DNA of 63,992 bases, filler included, from Collodictyon triciliatum (lineage: Eukaryota), in the NCBI GenBank assembly GCA_043381765.1. It is 28 parts of 28 records of this genome, joined end to end, with 100 filler letters (N's around TTAATTAATTAA, not from the genome) between each part and the next. Parts side by side here need not be neighbours in the genome. Positions count along the whole stretch, not along the records: positions 41,302 to 43,482 come from JBHJMP010009342.1; positions 43,583 to 45,763 come from JBHJMP010009343.1; positions 45,864 to 48,044 come from JBHJMP010009344.1; positions 48,145 to 50,324 come from JBHJMP010009345.1; positions 50,425 to 52,603 come from JBHJMP010009346.1; positions 52,704 to 54,882 come from JBHJMP010009347.1; positions 54,983 to 57,160 come from JBHJMP010009348.1; 21 more parts are not named here. One strand, given 5' to 3'. This document shows positions 41,430-55,139 of the stretch, in pieces. The position numbers were made by a program, and so were the translations under genes. Under the pieces are notes generated by a model. That model saw only the letters and a list, made by a program, of their open reading frames with translations. It did not search any database and had not been told where the DNA came from. Positions within the stretch are counted from its first letter, which is position 1; each line of letters begins with the position of its first letter.

Positions 41430-43482
41430 AGTCGGTATTTCCTCCTCCTAAGCAACCATCGGTGCCTATCACAATAATCGAATACATATGAGTGGTTCAA
41501 GTATTAGTCACAAAAAAAAAACCTTTATTCCAAGCGTCTGGATAACTAAACATTAAACACCCAAGGTTTTAGCTGAACTTTAATTTCTTTGTTTTGTTTT
41601 GTACTCTGGTTCTTCTTTCTAGACAGACATTTCTATGTTCTTTTGTAGGTTTTTCTTTCCTGATCTCTCCTAATCGCTTACCTTTCGCGCTTCATCCCAA
41701 GCGAATACTAACTTCGTCGGCTTTAGCAACGGAGATTTCGTTAGATTAGTTGTTTTTGTTCCTTTTAACTCTTCCCAACGCCCAACAACAAGCACAACAG
41801 TGTAACCAATCCGAGTCCAAAAATTAAGACTTCTAAGCAAGTGATTCAAATGTGTTCATGTCCGCAAATCTCCAAGCAGCTCAAGATGCGTCTCAATCAA
41901 ACGAGCCGAAGAAAAAAAAACTTGATTCTTGATTTAAGAAAAACCCGCTACGCCGAAAAAGGATAATCGCCAAATGTAAAAAACTTCACAGATGCTGCAA
42001 TTTTCCGCATTAGCAGAAATGTAATTGATAGGGCTTAGTAAATTAATATTGATACAAATTATATAATCGATTACCTATTTAATTTTTTATTGCTATTATA
42101 AATACTTTTAGGCCTACATATCCAATATATGGTAAGTTTCACTTATAGATTTATACACTGGATAGATTGATTTTTTGCTTGTGTTTGTGGAGCGATTATT
42201 TTCCTTTAAGCATCATCAATATCCGATATCAACCAATCATAATCCACCGTATATCTTCATCAGTCCCCCCATTGTATGAAATAATAATTTATTCAATATC
42301 TTAGCTTTTATAGCATAAGGCTTTAATGAGTAAATCACACATTATTATCGGTTATAGCAATTATAAAAATAATCATGATTACGCCTAGCCCTGCGCACAA
42401 TCTTCATCAACGCTATTCACTCATAAAGCAAAATATGCAGTTTGTGTCTTAATATTTCACACAAGTCCGTGTAAAGTCGTAAAAATGACTCAGAAGTTGA
42501 ATCATAAACATTTTGATTACATGCGACGTATTATTAAGAGAAATTGGAAAGGTTAGGTTTTACGAAAGCATTATTGATATACCTCACGAATTTATCTACC
42601 TCAGTGCCAATCAGAAACCATGCCATTAAGAGAGACCTATACAGGCAGTACATTGTAATTATCGACCCAAGAATACGATGATAAAAGTGGTGAAAGTAAG
42701 TCATGTAGCACTTCAACAATCGGGGTAGGAAACACAAGTAATATAATGTAGTAGAAAGAGGCCGTAGTGAGCTGACCAAACCCAATCTCCTTCATATCCA
42801 AAAAAGAGTTTTTTTCACTTCATATAATGACTCAAAATAATCGTTATCTTGCAGCAGCCACCAAGTTCCCACAAAAAGTTGATAAGATACAAAAGTGAAT
42901 CAAATGCTGCCTTCTGTCACATCAGTTTGGGTTTCTATACCTTTTTTTCTTACTTTTTTCTTTAGACACAGAATATGCGAGGTTTATGTTTTCTCAAAAT
43001 GTAAAATGCGATTATAAAGAAAATCAATACAAATACTGCCCATGAATGAGTTATGTTTGTGCCAGTATTTTCTCTTTCGTAATCGAATCGACGAGAACGA
43101 TTTGATTGGGGGGTGTTGCGATGCAGATTCGAGATATGTTTACATTTAAAAAACTTGCTAATGATATCTTAATTCACTCGCAGCTTTCTGGTTGGGTGCG
43201 CTGCCGGTAATCTAAGCAGTGAAAGCCTCTGGCGTGAGTTGGACGATTTTCCCATTATTATCAGTTGCTCAACCCAACCAAAATTGCTCTTTTTTTTTCA
43301 CTTTGCTCTCTTTATTTTTTTCGCTCCCTACGCAGATTAAATGAGAAAAAACCTTCGGCAGCCCGCCCTAATTCGCTTCATCCTTACTTTTGCCTTTCGG
43401 TTGCTTATCCTTGTGTTTTCCATAACCGATTTAATCTACTTATGATTCATTCCCGATGTAAGCGAAGGGAATCATATTTAAT
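41430..43482. repeat. About 2.1-kb dispersed repeat or segmental duplicate, copy 2
   Basis: Colinear with 2293-4387; lacks the 26-nt LINE-tail insertion. Confidence 0.95.
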
Positions 43483-43582
43483 NNNNNNNNNNNNNNNNNN
43501 NNNNNNNNNNNNNNNNNNNNNNNNNNTTAATTAATTAANNNNNNNNNNNNNNNNNNNNNNNNNNNNNNNNNNNNNNNNNNNN

Positions 43583-43777
43583 ATTAAAAAACGTGCAACT
43601 GGTTACAAAGTTGTTACTCTTTATAGTCGAGGCAAAAGTAAAACTTACAACGTGCATGAATTGGTCGCGTTGGCGTTTGTTGACAACCCAGGCAATTACG
43701 AACAAGTTATACACTGCAATGGAATTAAAACAGATAACAAGTGTGATAACCTCCGTTGGGCACCTGCAACTGACTAG
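43583..43777 (+). CDS. HNH endonuclease (HNH_3, NUMOD4-associated type), 5'-truncated by the contig edge
   Basis: Frame absent from the ORF track: IKKRATGYKVVTLYSRGKSKTYNVHELVALAFVDNPGNYEQVIHCNGIKTDNKCDNLRWAPATD*. Confidence 0.88.
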   Translation: MKKRATGYKVVTLYSRGKSKTYNVHELVALAFVDNPGNYEQVIHCNGIKTDNKCDNLRWAPATD

Positions 43778-44003
43778 AATAAACTAAAAACCCCATAAAT
43801 CAATTGAGTATGAAATAAACTCATATTTATTTATTCTATATACCTAGAATAAATAAATATCAAACCGAATGATGTGTAGAATATACCAATTTCACTGATT
43901 CGCAGCAAGATTTTTTTTATTTTGGAGGATAAAAAGCAGCAATTGTAAATAACAAGAAGGGAAGCAAAATAAATTGTTAGAGTCACGAAGGTAATCCGCT
44001 GGT

Positions 44004-44126
44004 ATTTTTTTCCTTTATCCGATTCAAAGTGCAGCGAGGTTATGCCATACAAAGGAGCGAAATAGGTGCGCATGGTAGAGAACAAACGGGGGTAGGAGAA
44101 GACAACTGTGGGGAGGGTAGCACTGG
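44004..44126 (-). mobile_element. About 120-nt LINE 3'-UTR insertion with imperfect 11-bp TSD
   Basis: Ends ..CCTCGCTGCACTTTGAATCGGATAAAGG(A)7; flanks AATCCGCTGGT (43993-44003) and AATCCACTGGT (44127-44137). Confidence 0.75.
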
Positions 44127-44442
44127 AATCCACTGGTGCATAAATTGACGGACAAAATATCAAAAGCTCGCTTATATGCAGTATACTTCCCATTTCTCTA
44201 TCTGCTCTATATTGTTAATCTAATTCCACAATTACATAATGTTCGGAGTTATAGGAATCAAAAAGGAGTCCAATTGTGATTCATGCATTCTTAAAAATTC
44301 GATGCAAGAAACCCCAAATACCATCATTTGGGCATGTCGATAATATATACTTTTGGTATATTTTTGTGGTGGACCACTCAGGAAGACTGGAATGCTGCAC
44401 TAAAGTGATTTGATGCCCACAATGATATCGCTTATATTGCAC

Positions 44443-45152
44443 CTTTGTTGATGGACTCAAGCTGGATACATCGAAGCTCTTCTGTATCTCTAACCCTGCA
44501 GCAGAACAGTCCTTCGCACAGAATTTACTCTACGGCACTTCTTGATGAGTGCGACACAAATTAAAAACACTAGGATAGTTCCTGGGACTGCTATGCCGAT
44601 GATAATGTCTTGGTCGTGGTCTGTCGCCTGGACATGGATAATGAGTCATGTTACTTTGTGACAAAATTGGTCGAGTTATAATCAAATCATATCCTCGCTT
44701 ACTTTCTCCTCCTTCACAATAATCACTTCTCCTTTATAAACAACAGAGTTGACTTTGAGATTGATGAGCACCTATTCGATTCACCGTAAAATAAGAGGGT
44801 ATGCAAAAGCACTATGCTTTTACAAAAGGCTTTGAAAGATTAAATTATCTGCGAACTCAATAAGTCGTCGATAAAAAAATCAAGCGAGACATAACTATGC
44901 AGTATGCTGCACAAAAGTCATCAATGTCGAGAAAATACAAAAAAAAATATTGGTATTATAGAGGTGGGTCGCATTTTCACAATACCCTGCTTCCCTTCCT
45001 TGCAGCGCTTAAAATCTTGCCCACCATTTCCGTACTAGATTCGGATGGGCCAACTGTGTCGAGTATGGCAATAGGTAGTGAGAAATAGTCATCGAACCTT
45101 TCCGGGGAGGAGGGCCGCAGCTGTGCGCGTGGTATAGCGAGGCCTTCAGCCT
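44443..45152 (-). CDS. Spliced single-pass membrane protein fragment (possibly PA-domain-like)
   Basis: Exons ..FSLPIAILD..KGSR | VLINLKV.. | ..IIIGIAVPGTILVFLICVALIKKCRR (TM helix plus basic stop-transfer). Confidence 0.4.
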
Positions 45153-45865
45153 ACAACAATATGAGTCAGTGAATATTCGATATGTTCATAGCACAGACTT
45201 TTTTCTACAAGAGCCCTGCCTATTTCATAAGTTTCAGGAATATGGGCCAAAATTAAAGGACAAATATACCAAATAATGAGTGAAAGCATGTCGATTGACT
45301 TCATAGGACTCAGAAATATGGTCAATATTGAAGAAGATTAAATGGGTTTCGTCTAAAATATTGAATCGATGAGTGATTATTAGCATAATAATGTGTTTAA
45401 GTGTAGGATTGTGATATATGGACATTAATCACTATTAAAACCTGAATAGTATATGAAATCAAATAGACCTTGTGACTGAGAATGAGACTGAGACTGAGAC
45501 TGATATTGCGATAGAAATTGAAACAGAGGCTTTGATTGGGATTGAGATTGAGACTGAGATAGAGATTGGGATTGGGATTGAGATTGAGATTGAGATTGGG
45601 ATTGAGATTGAGACTGGTATTGTGATTGATATTGAGATTGATATTGAGATTGAGATTGAGATTGAGATTGAGATTGAGATTGAGATTGAGATTGAGATTG
45701 AGATTGAGATTGAGATTGAGATTGAGATTGAGATTGAGATTGAGATTGAGATTGAGATTGAGANNNNNNNNNNNNNNNNNNNNNNNNNNNNNNNNNNNNN
45801 NNNNNNNTTAATTAATTAANNNNNNNNNNNNNNNNNNNNNNNNNNNNNNNNNNNNNNNNNNNNAA

Positions 45866-45919
<54 letters not shown>

Positions 45920-46120
45920 AAAGGAAAACGAGTATGATTATTCAGGATAAGGAGACATATTTCTTGGATAATATTTATCGTTCGCTTAGTTAACAGTTCG
46001 AGTCAAAACGAGGGAATAAGAATAAAATGATATCTTCGTTAAATATTTTACACATAGATATCACTCTTATTACACCGACTCTGCTTTTTAAATCGAGAGT
46101 TGAAATAAGTAGAATAAAAA

Positions 46121-47485
46121 CCGATAGCATCCAAAAAGTACGAGTAACAATCAAACGTCATGATTGCTTCTGGCAGTTCGCGGAAAAACAGCTTCAAAAG
46201 ACTCGCAACCACATAGGGATCCATTCCATTCAGTTTCAGTGAGATGTCTACAAAAAAAAAAGTGAATAAGTAATTGCAATCCATTATATGTCTAATTAGA
46301 GACAAATAGAATGAAATAAGATGTCAGACCTGAATCATACAAGGACTTAAGCTTCTGCACCTGCGATGCACTCCCAGCAACACGAAAAAGGCTATCAGGA
46401 TCTATAGCAAGTCATGTAAATCCTAGTTTGAGGAGAATAAAATGCACAGGAAAGATGTAGTCACGGGAACAACGGGGGAGAGAAGAATATAAAAAAGAAA
46501 AAGAAAAGTAAAATACAAAAAGAAAAAGAAAAAGAAAAAGAAAAAGAAAAAGAAAAAGAAAGAGAAAATATAAAAAAGAAAAAGAAGGAAAGAATGCCGG
46601 AATAAGTGAGTTTGATATTCAAGTGAATAAGTTCCTCGGCTGATTTACAGTTTGCAAAGTAGACGAACCGCTCTGTGTTTCAAGGAATGATATTATCTCT
46701 TGAAGAAAAAGAGGGATTCCTCCAGGATTCGGCCGCCGCTTCAGTACTTCGGGCACAGGCACGCCAAAAATTGGCAAAGCATTTTCTGGGGTTACAGTGT
46801 GCGATATATGTATAAACTCAATAATAAAGTGGTTGAAGATTTAGGAAAGAGTATGAATGTAATAGTTAGAGAGAGAGGGGGATATACACTGGAAGAATGA
46901 AAGCAATCATGATAATACATCATTTCCTTGAGACAATACTTCAACAAAATATTCGAAGCAACAATTTAAAAACACTTAATGAAAGAATATGACAAGATGG
47001 GAGCACAGGGATTTGAATAAAAAAGAATCAGGTGTCATCATCGAATAAATATTACCTACTTAAACATAAAAAAATAGATGAAGGAGATACACGAGATGAA
47101 ATGAGAATAAACCTCCGACAACAGGCAGCCGACTGATTGACATGGAAGAGGTTTTATCCTTACGTGATTGCCGCTCTTTTCTTTGTTTTTCCCTATTTTT
47201 TTTAACTTGGTGTCGTTTAAAAGGGAGTATCAATAACAGCAAATAACTCTTCAACAGAGAAGACTTGATAGAGCATAGATCCCTTAGAAAGAAAAGAAAG
47301 GAAGAGAAAAGAAAAAAGAAGAGAAAAGAAGAGAAAAGAAGAGAAAAGAAAAGAAAAGAAAAGAAAAGAAAAGAAAAGATAGAAAAAAGGTCGAGATCGA
47401 AAACCGTCGCTCCATAACAAAAGGCAAAGGAATCAAATGGTGATGTGAGTACAGTTACAGAGGCAGCCTTTGTTCTGTCTGACAT
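46121..47485 (-). CDS. RhoGAP-domain protein, 3'-partial
   Basis: PIFGVPV..GIPLFLQEIISFL | ..LFRVAGSASQV | ..DPYVVASLLKLFFRELPEAIMT. Confidence 0.88.
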
Positions 47486-48235
47486 GATCACACACGCCAG
47501 CAAATCCCTCCGAAGCCGGCAGCCGAGAACTTCAAAGATGTGCGGATTGGATGATTCGCGATTGTTGGCCATCTTCGCCGGCTGATACTAATTTTGGAAA
47601 ATAAATGAAAAATCAAATCAGCTCCATAGTAATCAGCATAATGCTACATGCAGACCTTATTCATTATTATAATTAATATATTTACATGAATTGATGGACA
47701 AGGCAGCTTAAATAATCAGATTTCTTCCTCTTTTCTTTTTGTCAGGATTGCAATCGACTCCTATGCGAGTGTGATCATTGTGTGATGCAGGGTGCGGAAA
47801 GCAGCTGATTCGCCAAGGTCGAAAGATGAAGAGGCATTGGGAGTGAATATACAGCTTTGTTGCCGGTGAATCAACCAGGTGAAAGCATGTTCTCTCGTTG
47901 CGTGCGCAGGCCAAGCTGGTTTGGCTTCAGTGCATTCGGCTTGATACATAAAAACATAAAAACATAAAAACATAAAAACATAAAAACATAAAAACATAAA
48001 AACATAAAAACATAAAAACATAAAAACATAAAAACATAAAAACANNNNNNNNNNNNNNNNNNNNNNNNNNNNNNNNNNNNNNNNNNNNTTAATTAATTAA
48101 NNNNNNNNNNNNNNNNNNNNNNNNNNNNNNNNNNNNNNNNNNNNTTTTTTGTTTTTTTGTTTTTTTGTTTTTTTGTTTTTTTGTTTTTTTGTTTTTTTGT
48201 TTTTTTGTTTTTTGAATCCTTCGCGCGGCATCTAG

Positions 48236-49445
48236 AAATTCTCTCAGTGAGGATGGATTGTTTATATGTGATTTGTATGGAGGAGTTGAGGCTATCAAGC
48301 CTAGACTTTGTATTCGCCGAGTTGGGAATACGAAAATCAGGGTAGTATTTATATTATTCATATCGCCCCACAAAAAAATGCGAGTCATCCTTTAAAGTTA
48401 ATTTTACAATTTTCTCTTTTCAAATTCTTATTTCTGATTTCTCTCGGCATAGTATACATGGGAACAGGAATCATTCAACCCAATTACAAATGAAACAAAA
48501 TGCCACCTTAGCTTTCATCTCCCAGACGGAACAAATTACCACCGATTCATGAGTTGTGATTGGCGCTTGTGGACTAGTAATCCAATAGCAATTTCTATTT
48601 ATCGATATTCAAGATATGTCTGAAGACTCCCAAATCCCATTTATGTTTAAGTGTCTCGTCCATTTTATTTTTATGCATTTTCTCAGCATAAGTATATTGA
48701 GAATCGTTTATTTCTTTTTTCATATCGAACTGCCTTAAAGACCGATGCATTTATATCCCAGTTCCAGAGATAAGAGATGCTTTGCTTGAAGTGGGATTTA
48801 AGGATGTGAAAGTGTGGTGGGCGAAAGCAGACCCGGGTTTGTCATAGTTGCCCGATGATTTATTTATTATGTATTTATTTATTTATCTATTTATTTATCT
48901 ATTTATTTATCTATTTATTTATTAATTTATTAATTAATTTATTTATTTATTTGTATCTCAATATATGGATTTTATTGGTAGAAACAGCTATGCATATGAT
49001 ATTTGTTGTTGAACTACAAGCATACTTTTTTCAATCTTGAAATATACGAATTTACTAGAAGATAGCTTTTCGCCACTTTTTTCAATTCCTTGTAACCCAA
49101 CAACATTAATTATCTGTCTTGTCACTTTTTTTTTCTGTCAAATGATGTGTCTTCAAAATCAACTAAAGGATGTTATTCGCATCAGGGTTTCCTTCTTTTG
49201 AAGACGAAGAAAAAACTAAACACAAAGAGAAGTTTGATGAAGAATCAGAAAACATAATTAACGTTGAAGCCGACCACCAAAAACAAACCCAGCGCCAGCA
49301 AAAGTCTCGTCCTCATCAGACACGGAAAACAAAGTCTGAGAGAACCGCACAATCGCCGATGGATGGAGAGGAAGATGAACTACGACTCGTCACAAACACA
49401 CCCCAGACTGAATCATGGAACGTCAACATCGTCGCTGTACTCTGA
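48236..49445 (+). CDS. Class I SAM-dependent methyltransferase-like protein, C-terminal part, 4 exons
   Basis: SLSEDGLFICDLYGG.. | YTWEQESFNPITNETKCHLSFHLPDG..DWRLWT | IPEIRDALLEVGFKDVKVWW | ..ESWNVNIVAVL*. Confidence 0.75.
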
Positions 49446-50424
49446 AGACAACCTGCGCTTCGCCAACATAATGTTTCTTCTTTTTATTTCTTTTTATTTC
49501 TTTTTTATTTCTTTTTTATTTCTTTTTTATTTCTTTTTTATTTCTTTTTTATTTCTTTTTTATTTCTTTTTTATTTCTTTTTTATTTCTTTTTTATTTCT
49601 TTTTTCTTCTTTTCTTCTTTTTTCTTCTTTTTTCTTCTTTTTTCTTCTTTTTTCTTCTTTTTTCTTCTTTTTGGCCAAGTAGTCATTCGGGAAGCACTAA
49701 TGCACCTGCGCCATCAATTAACATTTATATATATATATACATCATGAATAAAAGAAAGAAAGAAAAATGGTTTTAGATACTGATGTCTCTGTGTTCAAGT
49801 GGTTCTCTATAGCGCGCACTAAGCAAAATGAAGAACGGGATACAATCCAGATGCAAACTGAAGTTTCGGGCTTCGTATTGGATTCTCTGGGCATTAAAAA
49901 ATAATTCATATGTTGTCTTCATTTTCTATTTTATTTCATTTTCATTTTTGGTTTCTCTTATCCGCTTCCACAGCAACACAGATCGAGTCAAGTTGGTGAA
50001 GAAAAAGAAGGAAAAGAAAGAAAATAAAGAAAATAAATGCGAAATAATGTTGGTACATGAAGTATACAATTTTCGGAGGTTGGCAAGTGCAAGAGGCAGT
50101 GTTCAGCCTGCATGTCCTGCTTTAGTGCAAAGACGATTGCCCTTTTCTTTTCTCTTTTCTTTTCTCTTTTTTCTTTTCTCTTTTTTCTTTTCTCTTTTTT
50201 CTTTTCTCTTTTTCTTTTCTCTTTTTCTTTTCTCTTTTTTCTTTTCTCTTTTTTCTTTTCTCTTTTTTCTTTTCTCTTTTTTCTTTTCTCTTTTTTCTTT
50301 TCTCTTTTTTCTTTTCTCTTTTTTNNNNNNNNNNNNNNNNNNNNNNNNNNNNNNNNNNNNNNNNNNNNTTAATTAATTAANNNNNNNNNNNNNNNNNNNN
50401 NNNNNNNNNNNNNNNNNNNNNNNN

Positions 50425-50518
<94 letters not shown>

Positions 50519-50534
50519 CATATCCAATAACATA

Positions 50535-52440
50535 CTGCTGCGCTTGTGGAGCTTTCTTTAGAATATGTGCGCTCCAGACTTCGTCTTAGCTTCTCCAGAT
50601 TTGTTTGGACAACTTCAAGTTCTTCCCAAGTTCTATAAAACTACCTGTTAGCTGTCCTCTTTGTAAACGTTACATTTTGGTCTACTCATTAATGACAAAT
50701 AGCAAATAGCAAATAGAAATGTTACAAAAAAACGATGTAATTGAAGGTAATTGTATGATGGGCATTACTGCTGAAGACGTTTAAGCTCTTGTAACGCACG
50801 CGGATTTCCTCTTCTTGCAGAAGTAGAACTAATTGCGGATACACTTGCGTCTCGACTGCTGGTATCATACTCTTCTGGTCTGGGTTGCCAGGAAGTAGAG
50901 TGATACTGTGGTCGACTCATAATTGGTTGTGTGGGGGCAAAGTCGATACGAGACGAGGGGCGGGGAGGATAATCTACGAGGGGTCTCTTGGTTTCACGAA
51001 CCGTTGTTTGAATATACTTCCGCTTATCTTCATCCTCTGTTGCGCCTCGTTGCATTGCAGAGGTAGCGCTAAGACCATATGATTGATTTGAAGACGTATG
51101 GGCCGACTTGGGCGCAGTTATCCTTGCATGTTGATGTTGGTCTTGTACTTGACGAACGACATGCTGGTGCTGTTTTGGAATAGCTCGTTGGGTGTGCTGC
51201 CCATGATGGGCAGGGGTAGCTTGAGATATCTGTTGCGATATCACTGAGTCATCGTAATAATCCGACTCTTGCTCAGTCTCCATTTCTTCCTCTTGATATT
51301 CATCAGAGTATTCATCGGTGTAATATTGCCCATGTTCATAAGCATAGTCTTCGTCTTCATGATATTCTTCAGAATCACGGTAACCTTGGCGACGAGAAGA
51401 GTGGTATTGGATTTGTTGTGGAGGAGGGGCGTAATCATAATCATAATCATGACCAAAACTCTCTTCTTCGTACTCTTCATAGCGATGGTGGGAGGGATTC
51501 GACTCATACGCTGAAGTGTCATGGAAGCTTTCATATTCGCTAGGCGACTCAGGTGGTCCATAGGCATATGTAGATGGATGAAACGCGACAGGAACAGCAG
51601 TAAAAGTTGATGGATGATGGCGGTAGTGATAAAAAGAAGGTTGTTTTGGCCTCTGGACATATTGTTGCTTGTACACAGCCCTTGGTTGATGAATATTGGT
51701 GCGGTCTGGTCTGTAAAGCTGTCTGTTATGACTGGCCACTTGATAAGGCGGGCGGCTAGATATAGGATGGAATCGAGAAGACGGAGCAGCCCAGACAGCC
51801 TTTGGATGAGAGTGGGGAATACGATTCGGATTCGGACGCTGCTGCGAGTAAGACAAGTGCATTGGTGGGCGGTAATGTGGCGGTACATCAATCCGAGGAT
51901 CCGTTGCAACTTGTGGAATCATGTGATGGGGATGTCTGCGGTCTTGGCGAGCGTTAGAGGGAATCTGCGGAGAGGAGAGAATGGGATAGCCTCGTTAAAA
52001 TATGGCAGTAGGAAATAGAAAAGAGATGTCTACTTTCGTGTAATTCTGAACATTGTCTGAGTTTGCGGTGGTTTGAATTGCAAGGATATTAGAGACAGAA
52101 TAAGAATGAAAAAATTAAAAGAAAGTAGAAAAAATGAGTTTAGTTTCACATATTCACGAGGTCGTTCTGTATATTCCATTCTTTTAGGTGGTGGTCGTCT
52201 TTGATCTCGAAAAGCTGGTGCTCGCGCCTGGCAGGTTGTTTGAGGTTGCGTTGTGATGATTAAAAATATACCCTCGTAATTTTTATGTCATCATGTTTAT
52301 TTTCATCCTTTTGAGTCGAATAAAGCGAATAAAAATATTTCTAATTATCTTAATTGTATTTTATGGTTATTGAAAAACATTACCTCGGCAGTGGTGTGCT
52401 TTTGTCGAGGGTTCATTTCGCGCTCTGGACAGAGTTACAG
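50535..52440 (-). CDS. Low-complexity Pro/Gln/His/Tyr-rich hypothetical protein with C-terminal coiled coil
   Basis: About 1.2-kb open exon plus flanking small exons; no recognised domain. Confidence 0.6.
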
Positions 52441-52703
52441 AAAAAAAAGATAAAAGATAAAAGATAAAAGATAAAAGATAAAAGATAAAAGATAAAAGAT
52501 AAAAAAGAGAAGAAAAAAGAGAAGAAAAAAGAGAAGAAAAAAGAGAAGAAAAAAGAGAAGAAAAAAGAGAAGAAAAAAGAGAAGAAAAAAGAGAAGAAAT
52601 AAANNNNNNNNNNNNNNNNNNNNNNNNNNNNNNNNNNNNNNNNNNNNTTAATTAATTAANNNNNNNNNNNNNNNNNNNNNNNNNNNNNNNNNNNNNNNNN
52701 NNN

Positions 52704-52743
<40 letters not shown>

Positions 52744-52918
52744 AAAAAAAACAAAAAAACCAAAAAAAAAAAAAAAAAGCGTCTGTCTTTTCCCCTATTC
52801 TAAACGCACCAATGATCAACTTAACCCCGACGTCTTCGAATCAAGCCCGAGGGAAAAAACTAGCCGACTTTGCGAGCTCTCCAACCGCAGAAAGTAGGAA
52901 TCCAGGCATCAGCAGCTC

Positions 52919-54492
52919 ATGAGCGACGCAAGCGACTTTGAGTGTCCAGCCCAAGACGCAGCGGACAACTTCCCGGCCGAAGCCTCTCCCAAAGCCGAGT
53001 ACGGCTCGATCCAAGAGACAGATTCATCGCTCCTTTCTACGAGTGCGGCTCAAAGCTCAGGTGCTGCGAAGCCAAAGCCAAAGCCGAAAGCAAAAGCGAA
53101 GCCGAAGTCGGAAGCCAGGGCCGAGTCAGACGCAGACTCTGAAACAATCGCCCAGGGCGTGCTAAAAGTCGAAGCTGCTCCTCCTTTGAGTGCCAGTAAT
53201 CTATCAGCGAAAAGAAAGCAGCAAAGCTTGAGCGAATCGGTGGACGAGGAAAACTTCCGTATGACACAAGACTATTCATGTGCGTGCTAATATTGGATTT
53301 TATTTTATTTAGCTTTTATTATTATTTCATGTATATAAATAACTTAGTTTTTACTGCCTTTTCAATATGTCGCAGTTCTAATGGACGATGATAAAGAATC
53401 AGCAAGGCAAGCGAATGCCAAGAAGCGACAAAAAGTGTCTCCTGTGGAAGAAGTGGAGGGTATTATAAAGATGTGCCTCAAGTCGTATGACCCTGTGAAT
53501 GTTCCTTCTGTAAGTAAAATCATAGACTATGGATAGATTTGATGTTGCGCTCAATTCTTGAATGATCTCCTTTGATGTTTTAATGTCATTTTGTTCTCTT
53601 GGCGCATATTGTGATTGTGTTTACTTCACAGTTTTCCCCCTCAGATGCCGCTCTACTCATTAATTCTTGCTGCGCAACGTATTGTTGAATAGAAACCACC
53701 AGAGTACGAGTCCTGGAGCGATCCGAAGAGGCGGGCGTTCGACATATATTCCACAAATCCAAATATTTACTATTACTACCACTTGAATGAAGGTGAGAAG
53801 GCGAATAATGGAAAGTGGAGCCCCGAAGAGAAAGAACTCTTCCTAAAATGCCTCGAGGTAACCACCAAAATGAATATATGTTTGAAAGTTAATTTTGATG
53901 TTGCGCTCTTTAACGCTTGATGTGCTTTTTTTATTGTCCGTCTTGTTTCCCGCCTTTGATCACAAATAACTACTTGGATGGGATGCAATATCAAAAATAT
54001 AACCAGCCTGCAAAATTGTCAAATAAAATATATTCAACTCCCCTTCCACCGTTTCAGACTTACCCCACAAACTATGGCTGGGGTCTCTTTTCCAGATTGA
54101 TTACAGGGCGCATCGGGTCGCAGGTACAAAAAGCATTATTTTGAGCAAGGTTTCATATACATTGAATTTGATAAAGCAAATCATTGAATTCTCAGAGACT
54201 CGTAAATACAAGTATCTGCCAAGAGTGAAATGCATTCAAACAGCTTTTTTTTGAATAACATATTACTCATGATTCAGTGCAAAACGCTGTACCATGCTCT
54301 CTGCAAGGAAGGTAAAGTACCAGAGTCATCCCAAAGATATCACCGGGTAAAAGCAACTCCAAAAGTGGATTCCGGAAAGCCCGACGTTTCTGCCCTTGAG
54401 GAGGAACCAAAGAATACCACATCAAACAGCTTATCCCTGCCTGACGAATTGCCGCTTAAAGTACCACTGAACCAGACAGTTTATGAAGAAGT
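52919..54492 (+). CDS. Myb/SANT-like domain protein, spliced
   Basis: WSDPKRRAF..NPNIYYY..GKWSPEEKELFLKCLE | ..WGLFSRLITGRIGSQ | CKTLYHAL. Confidence 0.8.
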
Positions 54493-55139
54493 GTAATATC
54501 TCACAAAATCACAGTTCCAAAGAAAATATACATCTTTACATGCATACTTGATTTTATTAGTTTCGTTCGGATGAGGTTATTTCTTATTTACATCTGTAAA
54601 CCATATATAATATGTATGGCATAGACCACAGCAGCTACAGATGCCAGAATCGTTCACCAAGGGATATGCGATTGCCATGATTGTGTATGATTCATATATG
54701 TTATATTCCTCTCTTCATATATATGAAGTTGTCATTTTTTCATTAATAAACAATGATGTGCTGAGACGATTCGCTCATCCGTTCTTTTTCTTTTTCTTTT
54801 TCTTTTTCTTTTTCTTTTTCTTTTTCTTTTTCTTTTTCTTTTTCTTTTTCTTTTTCTTTTTCTTTTTCTTTTTCTTTTTCTTNNNNNNNNNNNNNNNNNN
54901 NNNNNNNNNNNNNNNNNNNNNNNNNNTTAATTAATTAANNNNNNNNNNNNNNNNNNNNNNNNNNNNNNNNNNNNNNNNNNNNTCTTTATCGATGAACTTG
55001 AAATGGTTTATGACATTCAATAGCAAAGATATAATTGAAGCACAAAGTGTCCGCATATAAATGTCAAAGGAACATATATAAAAAATTATTTAATATAAAG
55101 GAAGTATCACAATTGATACACTTACTGACATGCTTAAAT

